Virus record (IMG/VR): IMGVR_UViG_3300028747_000001 | Direction: 5' to 3' (one strand) | Length of the DNA stretch: 48,041 bases | From: a virus | Notes under the pieces: generated by a model | What the model was told of the DNA's origin: nothing | Seen by the model: only the letters and a program-made list of their open reading frames with translations | The model's database searches: none | Translations under genes and position numbers: made by a program | In this document: positions 15,775-23,395 of the stretch, in pieces | How the letters are laid out: each line of letters begins with the position of its first letter | How positions within the stretch are numbered: the stretch's first letter is position 1

Positions 15775-16025
15775 TGCTCGAAGTCCTTTCGCAGCATTTC
15801 GAGCATCACATGCTCACGCTTGCGAAAGAAGTCCTCAAGTTCATTCGCATCAGTAGCCGACACAATGAATACATGCGCAAGCGCTGGGGCGTTACCGTCA
15901 GCATCTTCATTACCTGAATCGCACGCGAGCACAAAGCTAGTTGCCTTGTGGTAACGCATATGTACATTCGCCGCAGTGGTGAACATGTCGAGCATTAAAT
16001 CTTTCTTTAGCATTGAAGGTTTCAT
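15771..16025 (-). CDS. Hypothetical protein (84 aa)
   Basis: ATGA overlaps at both ends. Confidence 0.55.
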   Translation of the reverse strand: MKPSMLKKDLMLDMFTTAANVHMRYHKATSFVLACDSGNEDADGNAPALAHVFIVSATDANELEDFFRKREHVMLEMLRKDFEQ

Positions 16026-16447
16026 TCGTCGTCACCGTTATAAGGTAGTGGGTCGGTAAGGTCATATGGCATGCGCTTCAGATGTTCCATATCACCTGCC
16101 AGCCCCTGCCATGCGACGATGCTGCCAGCGTGGAAAAGGACCGGGCCGTTGCGCCACACATCACCATCCCATGTCACCTTGACCTTGCTCCATTGACCGT
16201 TGCTGTAGCGCACGCGGTACGCCCCCACACGCCACGGCTTGTGTTCCGGGTAACCGTACTCCTGTGATAGCTTTGCCATCTGTGCACCGGGCACCGTCAG
16301 GCGGATTTCGTTCTTGCCGTTCACTTCATGCACCGCGCCACACATCGGACACCGCTGCTTTTGCGGGCCATTGGACCGGATATAAGTATGGAAAAATATC
16401 GATACTTTCATCGGTTCCTGACACGTGAGGCAATTGTAGTTTTTCAT
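16022..16447 (-). CDS. Zinc-ribbon protein (141 aa)
   Basis: Start at MKNYNCLTCQ.... CxxC...CPMC pairs. ATGA overlap with the upstream gene. Confidence 0.55.
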   Translation of the reverse strand: MKNYNCLTCQEPMKVSIFFHTYIRSNGPQKQRCPMCGAVHEVNGKNEIRLTVPGAQMAKLSQEYGYPEHKPWRVGAYRVRYSNGQWSKVKVTWDGDVWRNGPVLFHAGSIVAWQGLAGDMEHLKRMPYDLTDPLPYNGDDE

Positions 16448-16662
16448 CGATACTTCTCCGCAGTGAATAGTTCCAGCAGTTTGAAAACGTCGACATCGTC
16501 CGGTTTCATTTCGCGCAGGATATCGCACGCACGTTCCAGACCGGCGCGACGGCCCATACCGAACCCGGCTTCGTACGCAGCATCAAGGCCCTTGGTGATA
16601 TGGTCTGGTCGCTGTGACGGCAGAAAGTCACGCTTCGGGATAGGGGGCGATTGCTTCGTCAT
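16444..16662 (-). CDS. Hypothetical protein (72 aa)
   Basis: ATG-initiated ORF in the gene train. Confidence 0.45.
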   Translation of the reverse strand: MTKQSPPIPKRDFLPSQRPDHITKGLDAAYEAGFGMGRRAGLERACDILREMKPDDVDVFKLLELFTAEKYR

Positions 16663-17071
16663 AGTAGGTCACGAATGCGTTGATGATGGAATGACGCAGC
16701 GCAAATGCCGTGTCGTGGTGTTCGACGTTAAACCACTTACTTGCGCCGATCTGCACGCGCACGTCAATGTTGCTAAAGATGGTGCGAACGACAAGTGGCG
16801 CGCGACTCCATTTATACGGATGTTCCTTGTCGTTCGGGTCATAACGACACAACACGAACCCATGAGTACGTGCCACACCGACCAGTTCCAGACAGTGCAT
16901 GGTGATATTGTCCGGGTCGAACAGATAGCGGTCTGAGTCTTTGAACTGTACAAACAGCGCGTCGCCATCAAGATTCATCGACACAACAGCGCCGACAGCA
17001 AGTGCCGCCTTCACAGCACGTTGCATCGAGCCGTGAGATGGTAACGCACGCGTGATACGTTTAGTTTCCAT
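16628..17071 (-). CDS. Hypothetical protein (147 aa)
   Basis: Start at METKRITRAL... overlapping the XRE gene stop by 11 nt. Confidence 0.55.
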   Translation of the reverse strand: METKRITRALPSHGSMQRAVKAALAVGAVVSMNLDGDALFVQFKDSDRYLFDPDNITMHCLELVGVARTHGFVLCRYDPNDKEHPYKWSRAPLVVRTIFSNIDVRVQIGASKWFNVEHHDTAFALRHSIINAFVTYYDEAIAPYPEA

Positions 17072-17279
17072 TTGGCGGTTTTCCTGAAGCCAGATAATCG
17101 AGCGACACGCCAAGTGCACGCGCAACGTCGATGAATGTGAACATGTTTACGCCCTTACCGCGCTCCATGTTGTAAATCGTACCTTCGTTGACCTTGACGC
17201 GCCGGGCCAGTTCGACTTTTTCAATGCTGGCCTGCACGCGTAAGCGTCGCACACGCTGGCCGATAGATTCATTATTCAT
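17061..17279 (-). CDS. XRE/Cro-like helix-turn-helix protein (72 aa)
   Basis: IGQRVRRLRVQASIEKVELARRVKVNEGTIYNMERG matches the HTH_XRE pattern. Confidence 0.7.
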   Translation of the reverse strand: MNNESIGQRVRRLRVQASIEKVELARRVKVNEGTIYNMERGKGVNMFTFIDVARALGVSLDYLASGKPPNGN

Positions 17280-17463
17280 GAGGGAGCTTTGCATGTTGAC
17301 CGTCATACCATGAATAGGGCGGTCGTTGATTGAACGGTGCCAGTTTCCATGCGGTGAATCCGGGTCCGTTGTGACGGCGATGACGTACGAACCATGTACC
17401 GTCATCGCGCATCGCGGCTTGCTTGCGCACCGGATTGCCCATGTTGAAAATTGGCACCGTCAT
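17272..17463 (-). CDS. Hypothetical protein (63 aa)
   Basis: ATG-initiated ORF in the gene train. Confidence 0.4.
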   Translation of the reverse strand: MTVPIFNMGNPVRKQAAMRDDGTWFVRHRRHNGPGFTAWKLAPFNQRPPYSWYDGQHAKLPHE

Positions 17464-17465
17464 GA

Positions 17466-17654
17466 TTAGCGCGGTCGACCGCGTAACGGAACGGGTTGGC
17501 GCTCGAAGTACCGTACACGCGCCACCAGCCGCAACCGCGTGTCATGGTCGACGGTCTGGTATGCCTGTGCACGGTTGAACCGTATCAGCGCGTCCTTGAC
17601 TTCAGGTAACGTCAACAGGTGTTCAATCTCTGCGTCAGTCAGGATAGGAGTCAC
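17466..17654 (-). CDS. Hypothetical protein (62 aa), GTG start
   Basis: GTGA overlap with the upstream stop. Confidence 0.45.
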   Translation of the reverse strand: MTPILTDAEIEHLLTLPEVKDALIRFNRAQAYQTVDHDTRLRLVARVRYFERQPVPLRGRPR

Positions 17655-18472
17655 TGTGTTTGCTCCACGGGCAGGATGCTCACGCCGCGCACACCGGCCA
17701 GATTGCGGCGCACATACTTAAGAGCACTAGCGCGGTCAGGAAAGCCAAGATACTCACCCTCCGGCGCATCGATACGAAACCTGCCGGGTTGGGCCTTCTT
17801 GACACCCATCGCACCGTGTATTCGGCGCGATTGTTCCTGACTCACGTCATCAAGTGTCTGCTGGTCCGGTTCCTGTTCGACATAAATGAATTCAAATGTG
17901 CTGATAGAAGGATGCTGGCTACCATGCAACAGATAGTCACGGTATGTATGGTCGGTCTGGAACGGATCGCGCGACGGTGCACCACATGAATACGCGATGG
18001 CATCAATCCAACGGCCTGAAGCGACAGATAGCGCCTGCATTAGTTCGTGCATGGGCGCACGTTTTAAATGACCTTGCCAGTAGTCACTAAACGGGTCGTC
18101 GCGCTCGCTCATTTCTTTGACTGCCGACATGATATCAGCGCGAAGTTTCGCCATGATCGCATCGTTACCGTGACCGCCCCGGCATTCCAGGTCGAGCGAT
18201 ATGTAATCACCGTACGGAACGATGTTTATCGGCTGTTGCTGTGCGGTATATGTCACAGGCAAATCGCGAGCGCATACCGGTAACTCTGCCTCACGCAACG
18301 CATCCATATATTTCCGCATAGCGTTCAACGCGGCCGGATAACCGCCGACGTTCGCGACGAATGTGTCGAATTGAGCGGCCGGATATGACACGACGTAGCG
18401 GCGGTCAAGCGGGCTGATGGTAAAGCCGTTCGCAGCGGCAAAGTCTTTGGCTTCTTGTGCGGGAGTAGTCAT
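17651..18472 (-). CDS. Hypothetical protein (273 aa) containing the LDLECRGGHGND motif
   Basis: Long ORF with an ATG start. Confidence 0.65.
   Translation of the reverse strand: MTTPAQEAKDFAAANGFTISPLDRRYVVSYPAAQFDTFVANVGGYPAALNAMRKYMDALREAELPVCARDLPVTYTAQQQPINIVPYGDYISLDLECRGGHGNDAIMAKLRADIMSAVKEMSERDDPFSDYWQGHLKRAPMHELMQALSVASGRWIDAIAYSCGAPSRDPFQTDHTYRDYLLHGSQHPSISTFEFIYVEQEPDQQTLDDVSQEQSRRIHGAMGVKKAQPGRFRIDAPEGEYLGFPDRASALKYVRRNLAGVRGVSILPVEQTQ
18161..18197. repeat. 37-bp direct repeat, copy A (36/37 identical to 18536-18572)
   Basis: atcgtTaccgtgaccgccccggcattccaggtcgagc. Confidence 0.9.
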
Positions 18473-18484
18473 GATGGGATGTCC

Positions 18485-18841
18485 TTACTGTTTGGCGAGT
18501 TTGTCGCGCAGGTTGCAGAATGCCTGTGTGTCCGAATCGTCACCGTGACCGCCCCGGCATTCCAGGTCGAGCCACTTGTAAAGCTTGTCGATGCGTGGAT
18601 CACGACCTTGCACACCGTTGTATGACTCGTTCGGATTGGTCGTCATGACATCGTAATAGCGGATACCGTCCACGTCAGTGACAGTCTTGACGGTTGCAGC
18701 ACTCGCCGGTTGCATGTTGTACAGCCACACCGCCAGCACTGCAAACAGGATCACGCCGCGATGTTTGTCCATCCGGTACGCAAATGCGAACAAGGCGACG
18801 ATCAGCATGACCGCAACCAGTACCACAAGGGTAAGTAACAT
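18485..18841 (-). CDS. Membrane-anchored or secreted protein (118 aa) containing the LDLECRGGHGDD motif
   Basis: Start at MLLTLVVLVAVML... with GGAG SD, downstream of the promoter. Two N-terminal hydrophobic segments. Confidence 0.6.
   Translation of the reverse strand: MLLTLVVLVAVMLIVALFAFAYRMDKHRGVILFAVLAVWLYNMQPASAATVKTVTDVDGIRYYDVMTTNPNESYNGVQGRDPRIDKLYKWLDLECRGGHGDDSDTQAFCNLRDKLAKQ
18536..18572. repeat. 37-bp direct repeat, copy B
   Basis: atcgtCaccgtgaccgccccggcattccaggtcgagc. Offset 375 bp, same reading frame. Confidence 0.9.
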
Positions 18842-18873
18842 TTTAAGCTCCATTAGGGTTGACAACGGAACAG

Positions 18874-18903
18874 AGTATAAAACCGTTACTTCCATCTATG
18901 CAA
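18874..18903 (-). promoter_or_regulatory. Conserved promoter cassette (half-palindrome)
   Basis: Minus strand reads TTGCAT-agatggaagtaacggttt-TATACT-ctgttcc. Confidence 0.65.
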
Positions 18904-18915
18904 GCAGAAAATGAA

Positions 18916-18938
18916 AAGGGACGCTTCGAGCGTCCCTT
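18916..18938 (-). terminator. Rho-independent terminator
   Basis: Stem aagggacgc/gcgtccctt, then TTTTCATTTT on the minus strand. Confidence 0.65.
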
Positions 18939-18960
18939 GTGGTCCATGCGCAACGCCCGG

Positions 18961-19266
18961 TCAGTGTCTTACAAGCCGGTCGATTTCGGCGCGTAACGTT
19001 TTCTTGAGCGGTTTGGGCAGTTCATAGTGTTCGCTCGCTTCCGCCAGAGTCTTCGCGTCATTCTCCGCAACCGCATGTTCCAGCACGGCAAAGCGCAGAC
19101 CTTCACGGCCCCCAAAGTACCGGTTCAGCAGACCGTCACTCACGCCGGTTTCACGGGCCACAGCGGCGCGCGTCACCTTGCGGATGCCTTTGGTGCGGGC
19201 GATCTTGTAACCGACCAGCGTCAGTTGTGCGGTGCGCTCATCGGCGCTCATACGTTCGTTTGCCAT
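18961..19266 (-). CDS. Mini-TetR: a TetR_N-type HTH domain without a ligand-binding domain (101 aa)
   Basis: VTRAAVARETGVSDGLLNRYFGGREGL fits the TetR_N pattern (T...iA...GVS.G.lY.yF..Ke.L). Confidence 0.6.
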   Translation of the reverse strand: MANERMSADERTAQLTLVGYKIARTKGIRKVTRAAVARETGVSDGLLNRYFGGREGLRFAVLEHAVAENDAKTLAEASEHYELPKPLKKTLRAEIDRLVRH

Positions 19267-19307
19267 ACTCGATTCACTCCATTAGTTACGGTTTGGTGTT
19301 GCGGATA

Positions 19308-19796
19308 TTACAGGGTTCCGGTTCCGGTGGCAAACGCAGCGTCGCAACCGTCAGCTATCGCCAGCTTGAGAAAGTTAAGCTGCGCTGCTTCATGTCTGTC
19401 GTTCGGATTGAATGTCCACCCCTCGTGCTTTATCTCACGCATGGTGCATAGCCCGAACGTCATGCCCACGTGTTGCGGCTCGATCAGTTTGGGTCGCCAG
19501 CCAATAAGGTCGGGGGACTTAAGAACTTCGTTGGTCTGTCTGGATTCGTTTGCCAGCCCGTACCGCACGACACGCCCATCATCGTCCTTGAATGCACCGC
19601 TGTTGTTGCGGAACAGACGTACGCGCTTGTTGGCAGCTTCGATGCGCACAAGGGATTGCTGGCGCGATTCGCTACCGGGAGCGTCGTCGCTCAGTTTAGG
19701 CACGTCCATTTGATGCAAACCCATCAGCAATTTAAGGTCGTCTACAGCACGGCCATCGACGCCCCATGCACGCGCCCATTCGTCAATTGTTCGCAT
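19308..19796 (-). CDS. VRR-NUC domain nuclease (162 aa)
   Basis: RLFRNNSGAF...PDLIGW...REIKHEG follows the PD-(D/E)xK arrangement of VRR-NUC. GGAG SD at MRTIDEW. Confidence 0.65.
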   Translation of the reverse strand: MRTIDEWARAWGVDGRAVDDLKLLMGLHQMDVPKLSDDAPGSESRQQSLVRIEAANKRVRLFRNNSGAFKDDDGRVVRYGLANESRQTNEVLKSPDLIGWRPKLIEPQHVGMTFGLCTMREIKHEGWTFNPNDRHEAAQLNFLKLAIADGCDAAFATGTGTL

Positions 19797-20121
19797 CTTC
19801 AATCTCCAGTTGGCGTTTGCGTGCGCGCTTCTCCGCGATACGTGACTCATAACTGTTGAATTTGCCATCGCGTTGATGCTTGCGCCGCTCGTATCGCGAC
19901 TGTTTGACAAATGATGGTTGCATTTGCGGCGTCACGGGCAAATCATCGATACCAAGCTTGCGCAACTGCGCATCGAGCGGTAACAATTGCTCACGTATCT
20001 CATTGAACCGGCGCGGTCCGATACGTGGCTGATTGAGCGAATGCACTAGCGTCTTGCGTAGTTGCATCAGGTGTTTGATAACCTGTTCGCGACCGATTAC
20101 AGGTGTTACTTTCTCATCCAT
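19783..20121 (-). CDS. Basic hypothetical protein (112 aa)
   Basis: The ATG lies 2 nt after the helicase stop. GAGG SD. Confidence 0.5.
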   Translation of the reverse strand: MDEKVTPVIGREQVIKHLMQLRKTLVHSLNQPRIGPRRFNEIREQLLPLDAQLRKLGIDDLPVTPQMQPSFVKQSRYERRKHQRDGKFNSYESRIAEKRARKRQLEIEDANN

Positions 20122-20122
20122 A

Positions 20123-21886
20123 TCACGCCTCAATTTCGTTAGTTACGGTCAGGTTTGCAGGCACAACGATACCACGATCAACAAGACTTGCGACGATTCG
20201 TTCGCGCAGTGCATACGCTTCGGGACGTCCTAACGTCATTGCCGCGTTGTGGTCTATATTGAACGCGAACCAGAACCGACGATATGCTACACGTGCGTCA
20301 AGGTCACCATAGGTTGAATACCAATAGATCATGGCCTCGCGCAACCGGTGCTGCGCGGCCTGCCGGTTCATGTGCGACTTGATGACTGCTACACGCGGTA
20401 CGCCTGCCGGTACGTACACAGCGGTTGCCGGTACATCAATGCGATCCATTTCCTGCCGGTATTGCGCCAGCAACGCCGGGTCAATTTCAGTAATGTCGCC
20501 ATCGACCTGTGCAGGGCCGCCGCGTGCGGCCGGTGGCGGGGCTTCCGTTCCGCAGTAAGGGCAACAGTGATAGATGCGCTCATAGGGGAAGGCACATTCG
20601 GGGTTGAGACATACGCGCATCGGTATGCCGTCGTCGGCCGCTGCCTTGCGTTTGGTGCCCGCATCGGTAGTCCACACGCGGGGTTTGTCAGGCGGACCTT
20701 TGTGAAAATAGAAGTTGCCAACGTGGTCGAAAATATACGCAAATGGCTTGCCGCTATCCTTGATGAATTGCAGGCGTTGCGTCACAGTGTAGCTATCCCA
20801 TGCACCTGCAAGTATTTGTGAAATCATCAAGCGAAGTGCACGACCCCACATTTGGGAGTACAGGCTAAACGATGCGGTCATGCGCGCGAACGACACGCAT
20901 TCGATGGCGGGCAGGTCAAACCCTTCGCCAAACAGGTCTACATTGACCAGTTGCCATAGCTCACGGTTGCGGAACATACGAAGCGTCTTGCGTCGGTGCC
21001 CTTCGTCGTCTTCGCCTGTGAGCATCGCGGCCGGTATGCCCTTGGAAATAAACTCCGCAGTGATCTTGCGCGCTTCCTCGATGTCCTGTGCGAACGTTAC
21101 ACCAAGCTTGCCGCGCGCGTATTTGACATAGGTGTCGACCACACTACCAACAAGCTTTTTGGACTGGTGGACAGCTTCACGTGCCTGGTCCTGATTGAAT
21201 TCGCCGTTGGCGCTAACTTCGATTCCATCTGTTGCAAGGTCATCCGGCTTGATGCAATAGACCTTATAGTCAGTCAGGTAGCCGTCGTTGATAAGTTGGC
21301 GCATCGGCGGACCTTCAACCAGCGCATCGGCAATACCATGGGCGTGACTGCCAAGCCCTTTACGGTCGGCACGGATGGGTGTCGCGGTCGGCAACAGAAA
21401 GCGGGCATTGGGGAACAGTTCGGCCGCGCGACCCCATTTGTTTTCTTTCAATACATGGTGCCCTTCGTCTATATGCACCATGCCAACCGAACCGGGCCAT
21501 TGTCCAAGATCACGCTTGGTGATGGTGTCGACCGATGCAACGCGCCACGGCGAACGGGCGTTATAGAATGTGCGCCCGAATTCCTCAACATGGGCCGCAA
21601 CGATGCTTTTGATAACCTTGTCTGACGCAATCAGGCCGTGAGGTACTTCCTCACGTGCCAGTTGAATCGACATCTGCCCTAACAGTTCGCCCCGGTGCGC
21701 GATGCTGCAACCGGCCGGAAACTGATGTTTCCACGGGATTGCGATATGATCCTTGGCGAATGATCCCATAATTACCGTCTTGCCGCCACCGGTCGCCAGT
21801 TGCATCATGACGGCGCGTTTGCCGCCCAGGTACGCGCCGTTGACGTCATCTTTCAGCTTCTGTTGAAATCCCCGCAAGTTTGACAA
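20123..21886 (-). CDS. SF2 (DEAH-type) DNA helicase, TTG start
   Basis: ATGGGKT (motif I) and HIDEGHH (motif II). AGGAGA SD 6 nt before the TTG. Confidence 0.85.
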   Translation of the reverse strand: MSNLRGFQQKLKDDVNGAYLGGKRAVMMQLATGGGKTVIMGSFAKDHIAIPWKHQFPAGCSIAHRGELLGQMSIQLAREEVPHGLIASDKVIKSIVAAHVEEFGRTFYNARSPWRVASVDTITKRDLGQWPGSVGMVHIDEGHHVLKENKWGRAAELFPNARFLLPTATPIRADRKGLGSHAHGIADALVEGPPMRQLINDGYLTDYKVYCIKPDDLATDGIEVSANGEFNQDQAREAVHQSKKLVGSVVDTYVKYARGKLGVTFAQDIEEARKITAEFISKGIPAAMLTGEDDEGHRRKTLRMFRNRELWQLVNVDLFGEGFDLPAIECVSFARMTASFSLYSQMWGRALRLMISQILAGAWDSYTVTQRLQFIKDSGKPFAYIFDHVGNFYFHKGPPDKPRVWTTDAGTKRKAAADDGIPMRVCLNPECAFPYERIYHCCPYCGTEAPPPAARGGPAQVDGDITEIDPALLAQYRQEMDRIDVPATAVYVPAGVPRVAVIKSHMNRQAAQHRLREAMIYWYSTYGDLDARVAYRRFWFAFNIDHNAAMTLGRPEAYALRERIVASLVDRGIVVPANLTVTNEIEA

Positions 21887-21902
21887 ATCGTTCTCCTGTT
21901 GC

Positions 21903-21931
21903 TTGCATTAACGTTAGTAACGGATTATGCT
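21903..21931 (+). promoter_or_regulatory. Conserved promoter cassette for the plus-strand replication operon
   Basis: TTGCAT-taacgttagtaacggat-TATGCT-ctgttcc. The palindrome is at 21909-21925. Confidence 0.65.
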
Positions 21932-21952
21932 CTGTTCCGTCGTACCTATCAA
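21924..21952 (-). promoter_or_regulatory. Divergent promoter for the helicase operon. Its -10 overlaps the plus-strand -10
   Basis: Minus strand reads TTGATA-17 nt-CATAAT. The palindrome begins at the -10 edge and covers the TSS. Confidence 0.55.
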
Positions 21953-21970
21953 CCTACAGAGGCCTACAAA

Positions 21971-23395
21971 ATGGCATATCTCGTATTTCAGTTCCCGACC
22001 GACATCAGCGCAGCGGAGGCAATCCACGCCGTTGCGAATCACTTTGCGGTTGGCGTGAGCATTCTTGGTCAACCGGCCAATGTTCCGCAGCATATCAAAC
22101 AGGCCGTTGAACGTATCGGCGCGGCCGACAGCCCCGACGCTGGCACAGAGCAAAGCCCGGCTATTGCGTTCGGCAGTCTGTTGAATGGCGCGGCAGCGGG
22201 AAACGGGATTGCGGTGTCTGCTCAGTCTTCTGCGGATGCCGCAACGTCACAGACTGCCCACGCGGTGCAGACGGATACTTCTCAAACATCGGCGCTCGCG
22301 TCATCCATCCCTGTACTGCCGCCCGGCGCTACGGTGACTGCCACAACGCCACCGGCAAATGCGGTCCCTTCGAACCCTGCAAGCGTCGAGTTTGATTCGA
22401 GCGGACTGGCGTGGGATGAGCGTATTCATAGCGGCAACAAGACGAAAACGCCGGGCGGCGAGTGGCGCTCGCGCAAGGGTGTCGACAAGAATCTCATCAA
22501 GTCGGTCGAACTGGAATTGCGCGCACGGTATGGCGCGGGAAACGCCCCGGTCGCACAGGTAGGCGGCGCAACTGTCGGTACTGCGGATACCCCTGCTTCT
22601 GCGTCACTTGACCCCATCAGTAAGAAGCAGGCAGCACTTGCATACGCCAAGACACAGGCGCTCCGCGTCGCCGGGCCGCAGCAGATTGACGACCCGATGC
22701 TTGAAGGCATTATGTCTGGAACCGTCAAATCATATTCGGTATCGCCGGGGCAAGGTGAGTGGCTCACCATCTATTACGCGAAGTTCCAGGCGGCATACAA
22801 GGAATTCATGGACGCCCCAAACGGTGTGCCCGGCGCACACGTTGCGAGCGCATCACCGCAGACGACTGGCAGCACTCCCGTAGCGCCAGCGGGGACGGCG
22901 AGCAACACGGATGTATCCCTGACGGCGGCGGTTGGTACGCTTGCCCCTGTACCGAATGCCCCGCAAGGCGAGCTAGACGCAACTGGTTTGCCTTGGGATG
23001 AACGCATTAATGTACCCGCGAAGATAAAGGACGCGAACGGCGTCTGGTTGCAACGCTTCGACGTACCAGGCGAAACTAAATTGCTGGTCATGGCGGAACT
23101 GCGTAAGGCGCTTGAGGGAAACGCACAGGCGTCTGGTTCGCCCAATGGGGTCGCTGGTATTACACCGCCTGTGCTGGTAACGGCCGAACAGGCGGCGGCG
23201 GACTTCCCCAAGTTGATGCAATGGGTAGTTGCTAACCAGCAAGCCAAGCGTATCAGTATCACAGATGCATCCGATGCGGCGCGTGATGTTGGCTTTGTGG
23301 ATGCTGGCGGTAACGGTCAACTGGCGCTGATGCGCGAACACACCGCAGCTTTCCCGTACGTCGTGCAAATCCTGCAAGCGAAAGGGGCAATCTGA
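21971..23395 (+). CDS. Low-complexity protein with two copies of a G-L-(A/P)-W-D-E-R-I module (474 aa)
   Basis: Start at MAYLVFQF... (AGAGG SD). The upstream part of the track ORF is inside the promoter. Confidence 0.65.
   Translation: MAYLVFQFPTDISAAEAIHAVANHFAVGVSILGQPANVPQHIKQAVERIGAADSPDAGTEQSPAIAFGSLLNGAAAGNGIAVSAQSSADAATSQTAHAVQTDTSQTSALASSIPVLPPGATVTATTPPANAVPSNPASVEFDSSGLAWDERIHSGNKTKTPGGEWRSRKGVDKNLIKSVELELRARYGAGNAPVAQVGGATVGTADTPASASLDPISKKQAALAYAKTQALRVAGPQQIDDPMLEGIMSGTVKSYSVSPGQGEWLTIYYAKFQAAYKEFMDAPNGVPGAHVASASPQTTGSTPVAPAGTASNTDVSLTAAVGTLAPVPNAPQGELDATGLPWDERINVPAKIKDANGVWLQRFDVPGETKLLVMAELRKALEGNAQASGSPNGVAGITPPVLVTAEQAAADFPKLMQWVVANQQAKRISITDASDAARDVGFVDAGGNGQLALMREHTAAFPYVVQILQAKGAI

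Noticed and set aside
18859-18880. TTGACA at 18859-18864 followed by TATAAA on the plus strand, a possible divergent promoter
   Set aside because: The spacer is only 11 nt and there is no plus-strand gene downstream. The sequence is the reverse reading of the minus-strand cassette.
20134-20150. A palindrome variant inside the helicase 3' end as an internal promoter
   Set aside because: There are no acceptable -35/-10 hexamers around it (best CTGCAA / AAATTG). It is kept only as a possible operator-like variant, mentioned under the mini-TetR finding.
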